DNA from: Escherichia phage VerenaGrendelmeier_Bas101
Reading direction: 5' to 3' (one strand)
DNA: 64,000 nt
Sequence record: PQ850631.1
Made by a program: the position numbers and the translations under genes. Below, one piece after another: positions 28,748-37,765 of this stretch (its first letter is position 1; each line of letters begins with the position of its first letter). Under the pieces are notes generated by a model. The model ran no database searches. It saw only the letters and a program-made list of their open reading frames with translations, and was not told the DNA's origin.

Positions 28748-30271
28748 TTAATTCATCTTTTTGCCGTCGAGGATGTGATCAGCAAGCATAGACTTCATAC
28801 TTAGTGATCGCTGAATTTCTTCGTCGATGGTATCAACACCAATAAAATCAACATACAACACGCTTGATTTGGTGCCGATGCGGTGATTTCGGTCTTCGGA
28901 TTGCTTGCGCAGCTCGTTGTCATAGTTGCAAGAATAATAGATTGCCAAGTCGGCAGCGGTAAGCGTGATTCCGATGCCTGCCGCTGCAGCGTGGCAAACC
29001 AACACCTGTGTTCCACCATTCGCGACTGTGTTCTTCTGGAAGTCATCAATTAAGAACTCGCGCTGCTCTTTGGACGTTTCACCGTTGTATACACCAGTGA
29101 CCACGCCTTCAGACCCAAGCCAGTCCTTAATCTGGTTCATCTCTTCCTTAAAGATGGCCCAAACGATGAATTTGCGCTCTGGGTCGTCTTCCAGCACCCC
29201 TTCCACATAGTCCTTAAAGGCCGTGAATCGTGGGTTGTCTTCCATGTAGACCATCTCATCATACACCTTAACAAAGCCTGATGTCACCTGCTTCATCTTA
29301 GTGCGAGATGCGATCATCTCAAACTTAACGTTTTCTTCTTCGCCTTTGTACTCCATCAGATAGTTGTACTCATTCTTGAGTTCATCGTATACATCGCGCT
29401 GCTTAGGAGACAACTCGAAGTCGATAAACTTGTACACCTTCTCTGGAAGGTCCGGCAAGTATTCCGCTTTTGTCGCACGGAAATAGTGCGGCTCCATCAG
29501 CCGGATAAGCTTGTCAAGGTTTTTATACATCGGTCGGCCAAACTGGTCTTTGCGCGGCACTTGCGGAATGCCATAACCGTTGCCGCCGATTTTCTTGAGA
29601 ATGGCCTGCATCTCTGGGTCGTGCGCTTCAAGCAGCACTGTGAATTCAGAGTTGAATGCACGGAACGATTTGGTGCCGAGCAAGCCAGCTTCAAGGAAGT
29701 GATACTGCATGTAAATATCAGCAGGCGAGCGCGGCAGCGGCGTGCCGGAAAGTATGCGACGGGCCTTTGCCAGCCGTCCCAATTCTACAACCTTGATGGA
29801 GCGTTTGGCTGTGTTATTTTTGATACGCGTCGATTCGTCAATGATCATCAAACAGCGGTACTTCTTCAGGACAGACTCGATGTGTTGATAACCGACTGGT
29901 GTGTTGACAGTATCGATGTTGAATGAGAAGATGCGCGCAGGCACTTCACCTTCAGGATAGTGATCAGCAAACATCTTCTCCCAAATGGCTTTACCCTTTT
30001 TAGTTTTCATCTTGTCATTTCCGCGCCAGTAATGACCAATCCATTTAATGGAAAGGTGTTCTGGTGCTTCACGACGAATCCAGTTCGAGTGGACACCGTT
30101 AGGAGCGATGACAACCATGGCATCAAATGCGCCAGCGGCGAAGTGTTTTTCAAACTCTGCCAAAGCAGTCCAGGTTTTACCAAGACCCTGTTCCATAAAA
30201 TAAGCAAAGTATTTTCTGCGGCCTGCTTTATCAAGCGCCAATAATTGGTGGCGCATCCCTTGTGTTTTCAT
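28748..30271 (-). CDS. SNF2-family helicase
   Basis: Walker A QGLGKT, DExx-like IIDESTRIKN, LSGTPLP, motif VI EDRNHRIG. Confidence 0.7.
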   Translation of the reverse strand: MKTQGMRHQLLALDKAGRRKYFAYFMEQGLGKTWTALAEFEKHFAAGAFDAMVVIAPNGVHSNWIRREAPEHLSIKWIGHYWRGNDKMKTKKGKAIWEKMFADHYPEGEVPARIFSFNIDTVNTPVGYQHIESVLKKYRCLMIIDESTRIKNNTAKRSIKVVELGRLAKARRILSGTPLPRSPADIYMQYHFLEAGLLGTKSFRAFNSEFTVLLEAHDPEMQAILKKIGGNGYGIPQVPRKDQFGRPMYKNLDKLIRLMEPHYFRATKAEYLPDLPEKVYKFIDFELSPKQRDVYDELKNEYNYLMEYKGEEENVKFEMIASRTKMKQVTSGFVKVYDEMVYMEDNPRFTAFKDYVEGVLEDDPERKFIVWAIFKEEMNQIKDWLGSEGVVTGVYNGETSKEQREFLIDDFQKNTVANGGTQVLVCHAAAAGIGITLTAADLAIYYSCNYDNELRKQSEDRNHRIGTKSSVLYVDFIGVDTIDEEIQRSLSMKSMLADHILDGKKMN

Positions 30272-30690
30272 GACAATTCCTCTAAATACTTGATGATGTG
30301 ATGAATAGTTCCCTTCACGATTATCTCACGTTGAACGTCTGCAATATTATAACGCTTTAATTCAATAGAAGGGTGGACTAAATAAAACATCTTCTCAGAA
30401 TCAACCTTAAGCAGAACAAATGATGGGTATTTCCAATCATTCCACGAAGAAAGAAAGCTGCATTGGCCTTTCTCAAATGCATTTCTGAAAGGTGCAGTGG
30501 TGGCCCTTGCAGGCCACGATTCAAAGAACTTCATTTCAAGCCAAAAGCCGCGCCCTTTCCGGTTTGTGCCGATTACGTCCGGCACGCCATCACCAGTCAT
30601 CGACTCGATTCTTTGAAGCTTCAATACCGATTCTGAATGCTTCTTCAAAGGCACGAATATGTATTTCTGCTCACGGTTATTTGTTGCCAT
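30268..30690 (-). CDS. VRR-NUC domain nuclease
   Basis: GVPDVIG...GFWLEMKF matches the PD-(D/E)xK VRR-NUC pattern. Confidence 0.6.
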   Translation of the reverse strand: MATNNREQKYIFVPLKKHSESVLKLQRIESMTGDGVPDVIGTNRKGRGFWLEMKFFESWPARATTAPFRNAFEKGQCSFLSSWNDWKYPSFVLLKVDSEKMFYLVHPSIELKRYNIADVQREIIVKGTIHHIIKYLEELS

Positions 30691-33574
30691 CTGGATACAC
30701 CTGTTTGATCACATCAACGATGAACATGTCAATGCCTTCAAGCTTACGACCTTTCATCAGGAAGAATGCGCCGTTCCCGACGTTTTCAGCAATGTACTTC
30801 CCGTACTTCTGGAACTTCTCTGGACGAATCCTGAAGCGCATTGGCGAGTCGGTCGAGTCGTCTTTGCACATAAGGTCGATGAACTGAGTCTCAAGCTTGT
30901 TCCCGTACTGGTCAAACTCTGCGTAGCGGCCATCAGCTTGAAGACCCTTTTTAAGCTTTCCGTGCTTTGTATAAATGCCGCGCTCAAGACGTTTACGGAT
31001 GCGTGTTGCTTCGTTCTCGTCTGCAAGCACTTTCTTTGTCAACTTGCCGATTACTATTGCGCGCTCGTCATCACCGACTTCCTTCATCTGGCGTATTGAA
31101 GCACCGGAAGTAACGCCAATCAGATAGGGGTCATTATACGCCCAGCCGAACTTGGTGTGCATCTCTGTAAGGTCGCCGTATTTAACTTCAGCATTGGCCA
31201 ATGCACCCTTTTGCTTTTGCGTTAAGGTTCCGGCTTCACGTGCTTCGATATACTTCATCGCCTTCACCATTCCGTACCCTTTCGCGTTCATGATGCCGCC
31301 GATTAGCTTTCCGTTCGCGATGGTCCAGTTCATCGAAGAGTGATCAGGGTCGATTGGAACGTAATCCACGCCTTCCTTCGCAAGTTCACGTAATATCGCA
31401 ATCGTCTGGTCTTCGTCCTTAGCAGCGCGTAAGCAGGCAGCGGCAAATTCCAACGGGTAGTGTCGCTTAAGCCACAAGGTCCAGTAGGTCACGACCGCGT
31501 ATGACACGGAGTGTGACTTGTTAAAGCCCCATGACCCGAACGTAGCCATCGCTTGCCAAAGCTTTCTTGCATCCGCTTCCGGTACGCCGTTATTGATTGC
31601 GCCTGCAACAAAGTCCTCGCCAAGCTTGTTAAAGTATTCTTCACCCTTACGGCCTGACATCGCCTTACGTACAGCGGACGTTTTCGCCCAGTCAAATGAA
31701 CCAATCTCTTTAACAACGGCCATGATTTGCTCTTGGTAAAGAAACACGCCGTAAGTCTCTTTTAAGTATGGCTCAAGCTGCGGCACGTCGTATTCAATCG
31801 GCGCACGCCCTGCCGCGCGTTCAATGTATTTCTGGGCCATACCGGATGACAACGGGCCAGGTCGACCCAAAGCTGTCAGGTTGTCGATTTTGTTAAAGTT
31901 ATCGACGTGAACAAAGTTTGTTACTGAACGTACAGCATCACCTTCAAACTGGAAGATGCCTGACATCTTGTTTTCGTTAAGAATGTCAAGGACGCTTTGA
32001 TCATCAAGCTTGATTCCGTAGAGCGTTTCAGCATCAATAACGCCTGTATCAGAAATAATGCCGAGAGTACGAAGGCCCAACGCATCAAGCTTCAAAAGGT
32101 TAAGGTATTCGCTGTCAGGCTTATCGATTTGCGCAATCCCTTCTGCAGTTACAGTACAGTAATCAGAGATTGGGTCATTACACACAATGATTCCCGCTGC
32201 GTGAACACCTGTGTGAGACGGGTGAATCTCAAGGTCACCCATGCAACGCGCGGCGTCAGGATATTTCGCCACGAACTCTTGACCCGTGGTCGTTGTTGCA
32301 AAGGTATCCTCCAGGCCGTGACCATAACGGGCGTCACCGGATGAGTATTCAAGCAGTGCGTTTTTAATGTTGGCCGTTTCGTGGTATCCAATGTTGAACT
32401 TCTTACCAACCTGCGCCATTACTGAGTTGGCCTTAAGCGTGTTGATGTTGCCAAGCTTTGCAACGTTCATTTCGCCGTATTTCTCTTTAAGATAATCAAA
32501 CACCATATAGCGTTTGGTATCTTCAAAGTCGATGTCGATGTCAGGAAGGTCGGCGCGGCTTACGTCGATGAATCGGGCAAACAGTAGCTTATACGGGATT
32601 GGGTCCACTTCCGTGATGCCGAGGCAATAGCAAACAAGTGAACCAGCCGATGAGCCGCGCGCAGGACCGACGAGCATTTTTGTTTTTGCGAATCGCACAA
32701 GGTCCGCTACCACCAGAAAGTATGAGTCGAAATCTTTCAGCTGAATCTGGTGAATCTCTTCGTTGAAGCGGTCCTCATATTCCTGAGTCCATTCTTTGAT
32801 GTGACCTGCTTTTAGACGGTACTCCATCCCCTCACGAGCAAGCTTTACCATGTCACCAGCAAGGTGAATAATCGGTGCCTTACGCAATTTCAAGTCAAGT
32901 CCGACTATGCCGTTTGCTATGTCAACAGCATTGGCCGTTGCCTGATCAAGTTCATCTTCAGTCAAGATGCCTTTAAGCTGTTTGCGCAAGTCTTCCGCGT
33001 CAACGATGCAATGCGGCTTGACCGTGTCGCGCACTTCCCAAGCATAAGCAAAGTCAACGTGCTCAGGTGAAGGCATGTGGTTGTATCCGGTTAAAACCAG
33101 CGGCCTTCCACCGCTACGATGAGCCAATGCCTGGCGCTTTGCCAAAAGGAACGATGATGGGTTGACGTCTATATAGTCGTAGTCCTCTGGCCGCAGCAAC
33201 TCCACGGCACCGCCACAGAATTTAACGACGCCATCGAGCGCACCGAACTCTGCACGGGTAAGCCCACCGCGCTGCGTTGAAAGTGTTGTAGCATTGTAAA
33301 AAGATTTTAAGTCAAGGGCCAATATCCAAGCCTTCGGTTTGAATCCCTTTTTAGGGTCCGCATCAGGGTCGATGATTGGAATCTCCATCCCAAACATAGG
33401 CTTAATATCATTTTTCTGGCATTCCTTTTCCCAGCGAACGTGACCCCATGTGTTGTTATCAACTAATGCCGCGACTTCGCAGCCCAACTCTTTGAGCCGT
33501 GCTATAATTTCAGGATGCCGTCCATAAACTTCTTTGAACGTGTAACCGCTGCGAACTCTCAATTGTGGAAACAT
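30677..33574 (-). CDS. dnaE: DNA polymerase III alpha subunit-like (DnaE family)
   Basis: 965 aa; PHP-like N-terminus; catalytic block GPARGSSAGSLVCYCLGITEVDP...DLPDIDIDFE parallels E. coli DnaE. Confidence 0.8.
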   Translation of the reverse strand: MFPQLRVRSGYTFKEVYGRHPEIIARLKELGCEVAALVDNNTWGHVRWEKECQKNDIKPMFGMEIPIIDPDADPKKGFKPKAWILALDLKSFYNATTLSTQRGGLTRAEFGALDGVVKFCGGAVELLRPEDYDYIDVNPSSFLLAKRQALAHRSGGRPLVLTGYNHMPSPEHVDFAYAWEVRDTVKPHCIVDAEDLRKQLKGILTEDELDQATANAVDIANGIVGLDLKLRKAPIIHLAGDMVKLAREGMEYRLKAGHIKEWTQEYEDRFNEEIHQIQLKDFDSYFLVVADLVRFAKTKMLVGPARGSSAGSLVCYCLGITEVDPIPYKLLFARFIDVSRADLPDIDIDFEDTKRYMVFDYLKEKYGEMNVAKLGNINTLKANSVMAQVGKKFNIGYHETANIKNALLEYSSGDARYGHGLEDTFATTTTGQEFVAKYPDAARCMGDLEIHPSHTGVHAAGIIVCNDPISDYCTVTAEGIAQIDKPDSEYLNLLKLDALGLRTLGIISDTGVIDAETLYGIKLDDQSVLDILNENKMSGIFQFEGDAVRSVTNFVHVDNFNKIDNLTALGRPGPLSSGMAQKYIERAAGRAPIEYDVPQLEPYLKETYGVFLYQEQIMAVVKEIGSFDWAKTSAVRKAMSGRKGEEYFNKLGEDFVAGAINNGVPEADARKLWQAMATFGSWGFNKSHSVSYAVVTYWTLWLKRHYPLEFAAACLRAAKDEDQTIAILRELAKEGVDYVPIDPDHSSMNWTIANGKLIGGIMNAKGYGMVKAMKYIEAREAGTLTQKQKGALANAEVKYGDLTEMHTKFGWAYNDPYLIGVTSGASIRQMKEVGDDERAIVIGKLTKKVLADENEATRIRKRLERGIYTKHGKLKKGLQADGRYAEFDQYGNKLETQFIDLMCKDDSTDSPMRFRIRPEKFQKYGKYIAENVGNGAFFLMKGRKLEGIDMFIVDVIKQVYPDGNK

Positions 33575-34116
33575 TATTTACTCCAGATGTCATATACGCC
33601 AATTTGTTGGCAGACTTTGTGCAGTAATATTACGTCGTCTAATGCACGGTGTTTCTGTTCATATTTTCCGAAATATAATTCATACAGCTCTTGAAGCTTA
33701 ACTCTTCGGCCAAAAATAGGCAAGGTTTGCTCAACTGTACAAATGTTTATTTCTGGAAAATTAACATCATCAAGCGTAAGTCCTTCGCGCTGTAGTGCAT
33801 AATCAAGAATGTTTTTATCGAACGCATGGTTGTGCGCGATAGTGGCATCCGTCTTCTTGAAGATTTCTTTTAGCTGCGGGACAAAATTGATGAATGGTGG
33901 ATTGCACTCAAGGTCTTCATTTGTTAATCCGGTAATCTTTGTGATAATTTCTTCAATCACGATTTCAGGATTAATTATGAATTCAAACGTTTCAAGAATC
34001 TCTTTGCCGTCTGTCAACAGACCTGCAAATTCAATAGGGCGCGGCTGCATCCCAAGCGGCGCTTTCGGGTGCACGGTCAATCCGGTTGTTTCGAAGTCAT
34101 AAGGGAGAAATAACAC
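33574..34116 (-). CDS. dnaQ: DnaQ-like 3'-5' proofreading exonuclease
   Basis: Exo motifs DFETTGL, AHNHAFD, HRALDD. Confidence 0.75.
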   Translation of the reverse strand: MLFLPYDFETTGLTVHPKAPLGMQPRPIEFAGLLTDGKEILETFEFIINPEIVIEEIITKITGLTNEDLECNPPFINFVPQLKEIFKKTDATIAHNHAFDKNILDYALQREGLTLDDVNFPEINICTVEQTLPIFGRRVKLQELYELYFGKYEQKHRALDDVILLHKVCQQIGVYDIWSK

Positions 34117-34139
34117 ATTAGCCTCCTACAAAAAGGCCG

Positions 34140-34159
34140 CCCATTAGGACGGCCACATA
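34140..34159 (-). terminator. rho-independent terminator (minus strand)
   Basis: 8-bp stem with one GU wobble; minus-strand transcript followed by UUUUUG, then AGGAGG RBS of the exonuclease gene. Confidence 0.55.
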
Positions 34160-34170
34160 TTCACGATTTG

Positions 34171-34722
34171 TTATACAGTGTACGGAGTACCGTCTTGATT
34201 CAACCGCACGATGAACTTAAGGTCAACACCAATGATTTCACGCGTATCAAAGATCACATAGTTGTAACGACGCTGACCAGCAATGTTTGGGTTGGTGTGA
34301 GAGTCGGTCACAACTTCCTGTGCAACCTGAATGCCTTCTTCGCTAAAGAACTTACGCCATTCAGCAAGTTCAGCGGCAGTCACGTGCATGCCAAGGTGGC
34401 TGACCTGATTGTCATGCGCATCGATATATTCGATGTTTTCGTTAATCCAGTTGCAGCCCATTGTGTAGTCAAGGATTTCAAGCTCAAGAGGCTTACCAGC
34501 GCCGCCATCAGTACCGTTGCCAGCCTGATAGTTGAAGCGCAAGTCAGCTTCATTGGTACAATCGTCGCGACGACCTTTAAAGTCATCAGCTTCAAATACG
34601 CGACCAGTAGCAACAACATGATCATGGAACCATTCTGTCAGGCCGATTTTAGCCAAGAAATCCTGTGCGCGCTGAGCATCTGGAATTGACAGGGCGATTT
34701 GTTCAATTTTAAAATGTGGCAT
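34171..34722 (-). CDS. VOC (glyoxalase/bleomycin-resistance)-like protein
   Basis: 183 aa; N-terminal HFKIEQIALSIPDAQRAQDFLAKIGL resembles VOC beta-alpha-beta modules. Confidence 0.3.
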   Translation of the reverse strand: MPHFKIEQIALSIPDAQRAQDFLAKIGLTEWFHDHVVATGRVFEADDFKGRRDDCTNEADLRFNYQAGNGTDGGAGKPLELEILDYTMGCNWINENIEYIDAHDNQVSHLGMHVTAAELAEWRKFFSEEGIQVAQEVVTDSHTNPNIAGQRRYNYVIFDTREIIGVDLKFIVRLNQDGTPYTV

Positions 34723-34818
34723 TTTGTTTCCTTAATTAAATATTATTGATTAATTACTGTGTTGTCTTCGTCCTGTTTCTTTTCAGGAGCGGGTGTGACA
34801 ACTTCAAATGTTCGTGAT

Positions 34819-35502
34819 TTATTTACCGAATGGAATATCAGTACCAGACATAAAGCGCCATGCGCCCGTAATTAAGATATGGCGAATGAAGTCAGCAATT
34901 ACTTGCGGCTCAGTCTCCAATCCGTTCATCAATGCCTTTTTCTGGTATTCAGCAGCATACTCAGGAGTCCAGCCGCGAGTCGCGCAAACAGCATCTTCAA
35001 TCTGTTTGGACATGCCAGTACCACGTAGCTTGTTAGGACTAATAGAAAATACCGTGATCCCGTATTTAGGCGTAAGCTCGTGAGCCATCTGCTTGCTAAT
35101 CATAAGCGCAGCGGCCTTGGAAGCATTATAACACAAGCTGGACGTCATAGGAATATGCGCAGCGTTGGAAACGATATTGATCACAAAACCTTTGTTGTCG
35201 ATAAGACTTTTCAGCGCGGCTTGAGTCGTGTTGACGAAAGAGAAGGCGTTGGTGTGCATAACGCGATTGAACTCTTCGTAGTTAACATCTTCAAACCAGT
35301 TGTTGGAGTTGACGCCAGCACAGTTGATCAAGCCTTCTACATCATATGGGCTTAAAATTTCTTTCATCTGTTTCGCGTCGCGGACGTCATATCCGTATGC
35401 TGAATCGATTCCAAGCACGTTATGACCGTAAGCGCCAAGGGTGTCAAAAATAGATTTACCAAGACCGGAATTGGAACCTGTTACAACAATTACTTTTTTC
35501 AT
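34819..35502 (-). CDS. short-chain dehydrogenase/reductase (SDR)
   Basis: Cofactor motif VTGSNSGLGKS and catalytic YNASK. Confidence 0.7.
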   Translation of the reverse strand: MKKVIVVTGSNSGLGKSIFDTLGAYGHNVLGIDSAYGYDVRDAKQMKEILSPYDVEGLINCAGVNSNNWFEDVNYEEFNRVMHTNAFSFVNTTQAALKSLIDNKGFVINIVSNAAHIPMTSSLCYNASKAAALMISKQMAHELTPKYGITVFSISPNKLRGTGMSKQIEDAVCATRGWTPEYAAEYQKKALMNGLETEPQVIADFIRHILITGAWRFMSGTDIPFGK

Positions 35503-35567
35503 TTATTTATCCTTTTTGGACTTCATTTCGATGAGATAAATATAACTCATCGAAACGCACAAGTAAA

Positions 35568-36440
35568 CTATTTATTGAAATTAATATTGTGGGTGTTGAC
35601 GAGACGTTCACACATGGCGCTGTAAACACCATCATCGTGTATAGAGTCTTCGTGCTTCAGGCCGCTGATTGCAAAGCGTGTAAGCTTGACAATCTTAAGC
35701 TCGAACAGATGCCACATGTGGTAGTCTTCCGGCGTTTTCAACGTTACGCCATTAGGGAAAAGCACCTGCATAACCTGGCCTACCATCACAGCGTTATCGC
35801 CATAGACAGCGTTACGCTCACGGAAAGTCGCGGCCATCGCATCAAGAATATCGGCGGCGGTTGCCGGAGATTGTTTGATTTCCACTGCTTTAGTCTCTTC
35901 TTGCCCCGTTGCGCTTGGATCAACTGCTAATCGTTGCACTACTTCACCTGCCTTGCAAAGATTAAATGTAAAAGCGATTTTATTTTGAGCAACGGAATTA
36001 TAATCCATAGCTTCTTTACGCATCGCCGCGAGTACGTCTTGTCTGTCGTCAAACACATTAATGATTCGATAATCGCCGTGACGCAATGCGTAATATAGCC
36101 ATTCAGACTTCATAATAGTTGATGGACGTTTGTCGCCATAGTCTCTCATCTTGATTGTAAATTCATCAAAAGGGAAAACATTGTCCAGACGTTCAAAAGT
36201 CACTTGTCTGTATTTTTCTGGCCTTGCAGTCCAATATTCAACCGCCTCACCGCGAAGAGATGCCGACTCTACTGCTGATGCAATGTGAGGATAGAACTGA
36301 TCATAACCAATACCGCTGTAATAATCATCATAGTCTGACAACGGACCTGCCACCTTGATGCGGTCTAAGCGCCAACGGTCATCAAACAGCGTTCCGTCAA
36401 GGTCGAATACGTTTAAAATTTCGCTGTTTTTAATGCTCAT
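35568..36440 (-). CDS. HAD-family phosphatase fused to a C-terminal domain of unknown function
   Basis: Motif I FDLDGTLFDD, later NVFDDRQDV; ~140-aa C-terminal extension. Confidence 0.55.
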   Translation of the reverse strand: MSIKNSEILNVFDLDGTLFDDRWRLDRIKVAGPLSDYDDYYSGIGYDQFYPHIASAVESASLRGEAVEYWTARPEKYRQVTFERLDNVFPFDEFTIKMRDYGDKRPSTIMKSEWLYYALRHGDYRIINVFDDRQDVLAAMRKEAMDYNSVAQNKIAFTFNLCKAGEVVQRLAVDPSATGQEETKAVEIKQSPATAADILDAMAATFRERNAVYGDNAVMVGQVMQVLFPNGVTLKTPEDYHMWHLFELKIVKLTRFAISGLKHEDSIHDDGVYSAMCERLVNTHNINFNK

Positions 36441-37240
36441 CCTTTTGATACTCCATCTTTAGCAACTGGATTGTTGGTGATTGGCATCGCACTCCAAAAC
36501 TGGATGCGTAACTCTTCTTGCTGTGCCGTGGTATCCATCCAATCACGATACCAAGGGCAATGGGCTTTGCCATGACGAGGAAACGCGCATTTACCCATAC
36601 CGATGCATTGCGGCTGTAATAATGGATTTGCCCACGGGTGCACCTTGAGGACTTCCGCAACCATTGCTCGGAATACTTCTTGATACTCGCCTTGTGTGCG
36701 CGTGCACAAGCGGTTGGAAGCCATCTGTTGCAGCGTTCGCAAGTTGAACTTTGCCATGATATGCGTTTGCATATTAGAAGGCAACACGGCACGTGCATCT
36801 TGAATCTCTGCGCCAGCCGCGCGAAGCTCTTGATACAAAGCATCGATAGTCGCCATCGCATCATCCCACTTCTCTGCCAGTTCAGCGGCCTTCTCGTCAT
36901 GACGAGTCCATCCCTTTGGATCATCCTCTGGGTAAGTAAACTTAGCAGGGCGAATCGCATCAAATGCAGACGACTCCTGAGCGCGGCTGGTGCGTTCTTG
37001 ATATGCGCCTGTGCGTGTGCGCACCATCTGATGGGTCATATTCTTTGATACATCAGTGATGTCAAAGATATAGTCCACAAAGTCAAAAGGCGACTTGATT
37101 GTATCAAGCATGTAGCGCCAGTGCTCTTGCTTCTCTGATTCTGTCATCTCAGAGACTGGCTTACCAGTCATGCGCGTGTTCTTTGTTTCCAGCAAAAGGT
37201 CAAGTGCATCTTGGGTGTATCGAATTAATTCAACTTTCAT
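36437..37240 (-). CDS. thyX: ThyX-like flavin-dependent thymidylate synthase (variant RTR motif, C-terminal Cys/His extension)
   Basis: RTRTGAYQERTSR aligns with the ThyX RHR-X7-8-S motif; ARAVLPSNMQTHIMAKFNLRTLQQM aligns with the ThyX LP/N.R.L block; extra C-terminus QCIGMGKCAFPRHGKAHC. Confidence 0.55.
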   Translation of the reverse strand: MKVELIRYTQDALDLLLETKNTRMTGKPVSEMTESEKQEHWRYMLDTIKSPFDFVDYIFDITDVSKNMTHQMVRTRTGAYQERTSRAQESSAFDAIRPAKFTYPEDDPKGWTRHDEKAAELAEKWDDAMATIDALYQELRAAGAEIQDARAVLPSNMQTHIMAKFNLRTLQQMASNRLCTRTQGEYQEVFRAMVAEVLKVHPWANPLLQPQCIGMGKCAFPRHGKAHCPWYRDWMDTTAQQEELRIQFWSAMPITNNPVAKDGVSKG

Positions 37241-37253
37241 TTTAATTATCCTA

Positions 37254-37700
37254 TTAACGGTAATTCACTAGTTGCTGATCACCAGAGAAGGTGCAATGAT
37301 AAACGAATTGTGCGTTATAAAGCAACTGAAAACTTTTCTTTGGTTCATTATTAGAACTCATTGATGTAAAGATTTCTGCACCAGAACGGTTTTCACCAAT
37401 CAGGTTAATAAAGCCGCCAGTTGAACGAGGCTGAACGAAAGTGAAACGCTGCATCCACGGAGTCCGGTTGGCACCTTTTCCGGTGAATCCCTGAATCTGA
37501 ATATTCAGACCTTCTTGCTCGTTCACACCGATGTAAGTGGTAATTGTTGCGCCAGTCGTCGCTGCGGTCTTGCCGTCCATCGCTTCGCAATCGTAAACAG
37601 CGATTGAATCGGAAGTACGGACAGCGGCTTCAGTCGCTTCCATATACATGGTTCCGAGAATAGCAGTCGCGGCAAGCGCGATTCCAGTGATGCGTTTCAT
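37254..37700 (-). CDS. secreted protein with signal peptide, unknown function
   Basis: MKRITGIALAATAILGTMYMEATEAA signal-like N-terminus; two Cys. Confidence 0.5.
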   Translation of the reverse strand: MKRITGIALAATAILGTMYMEATEAAVRTSDSIAVYDCEAMDGKTAATTGATITTYIGVNEQEGLNIQIQGFTGKGANRTPWMQRFTFVQPRSTGGFINLIGENRSGAEIFTSMSSNNEPKKSFQLLYNAQFVYHCTFSGDQQLVNYR

Positions 37701-37720
37701 TTTCGTTTCCTCTATGAGTT

Positions 37721-37757
37721 CTGCTTCAATGATTAAAGTATACGCCCATTGAAGCAG
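37721..37757. promoter_or_regulatory. 11-bp-stem hairpin in intergenic region
   Basis: CTGCTTCAATG ... CATTGAAGCAG, 15-nt loop, directly upstream of the RBS of the 37254-37700 gene on the minus strand. Confidence 0.5.
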
Positions 37758-37765
37758 AAAGCAAA

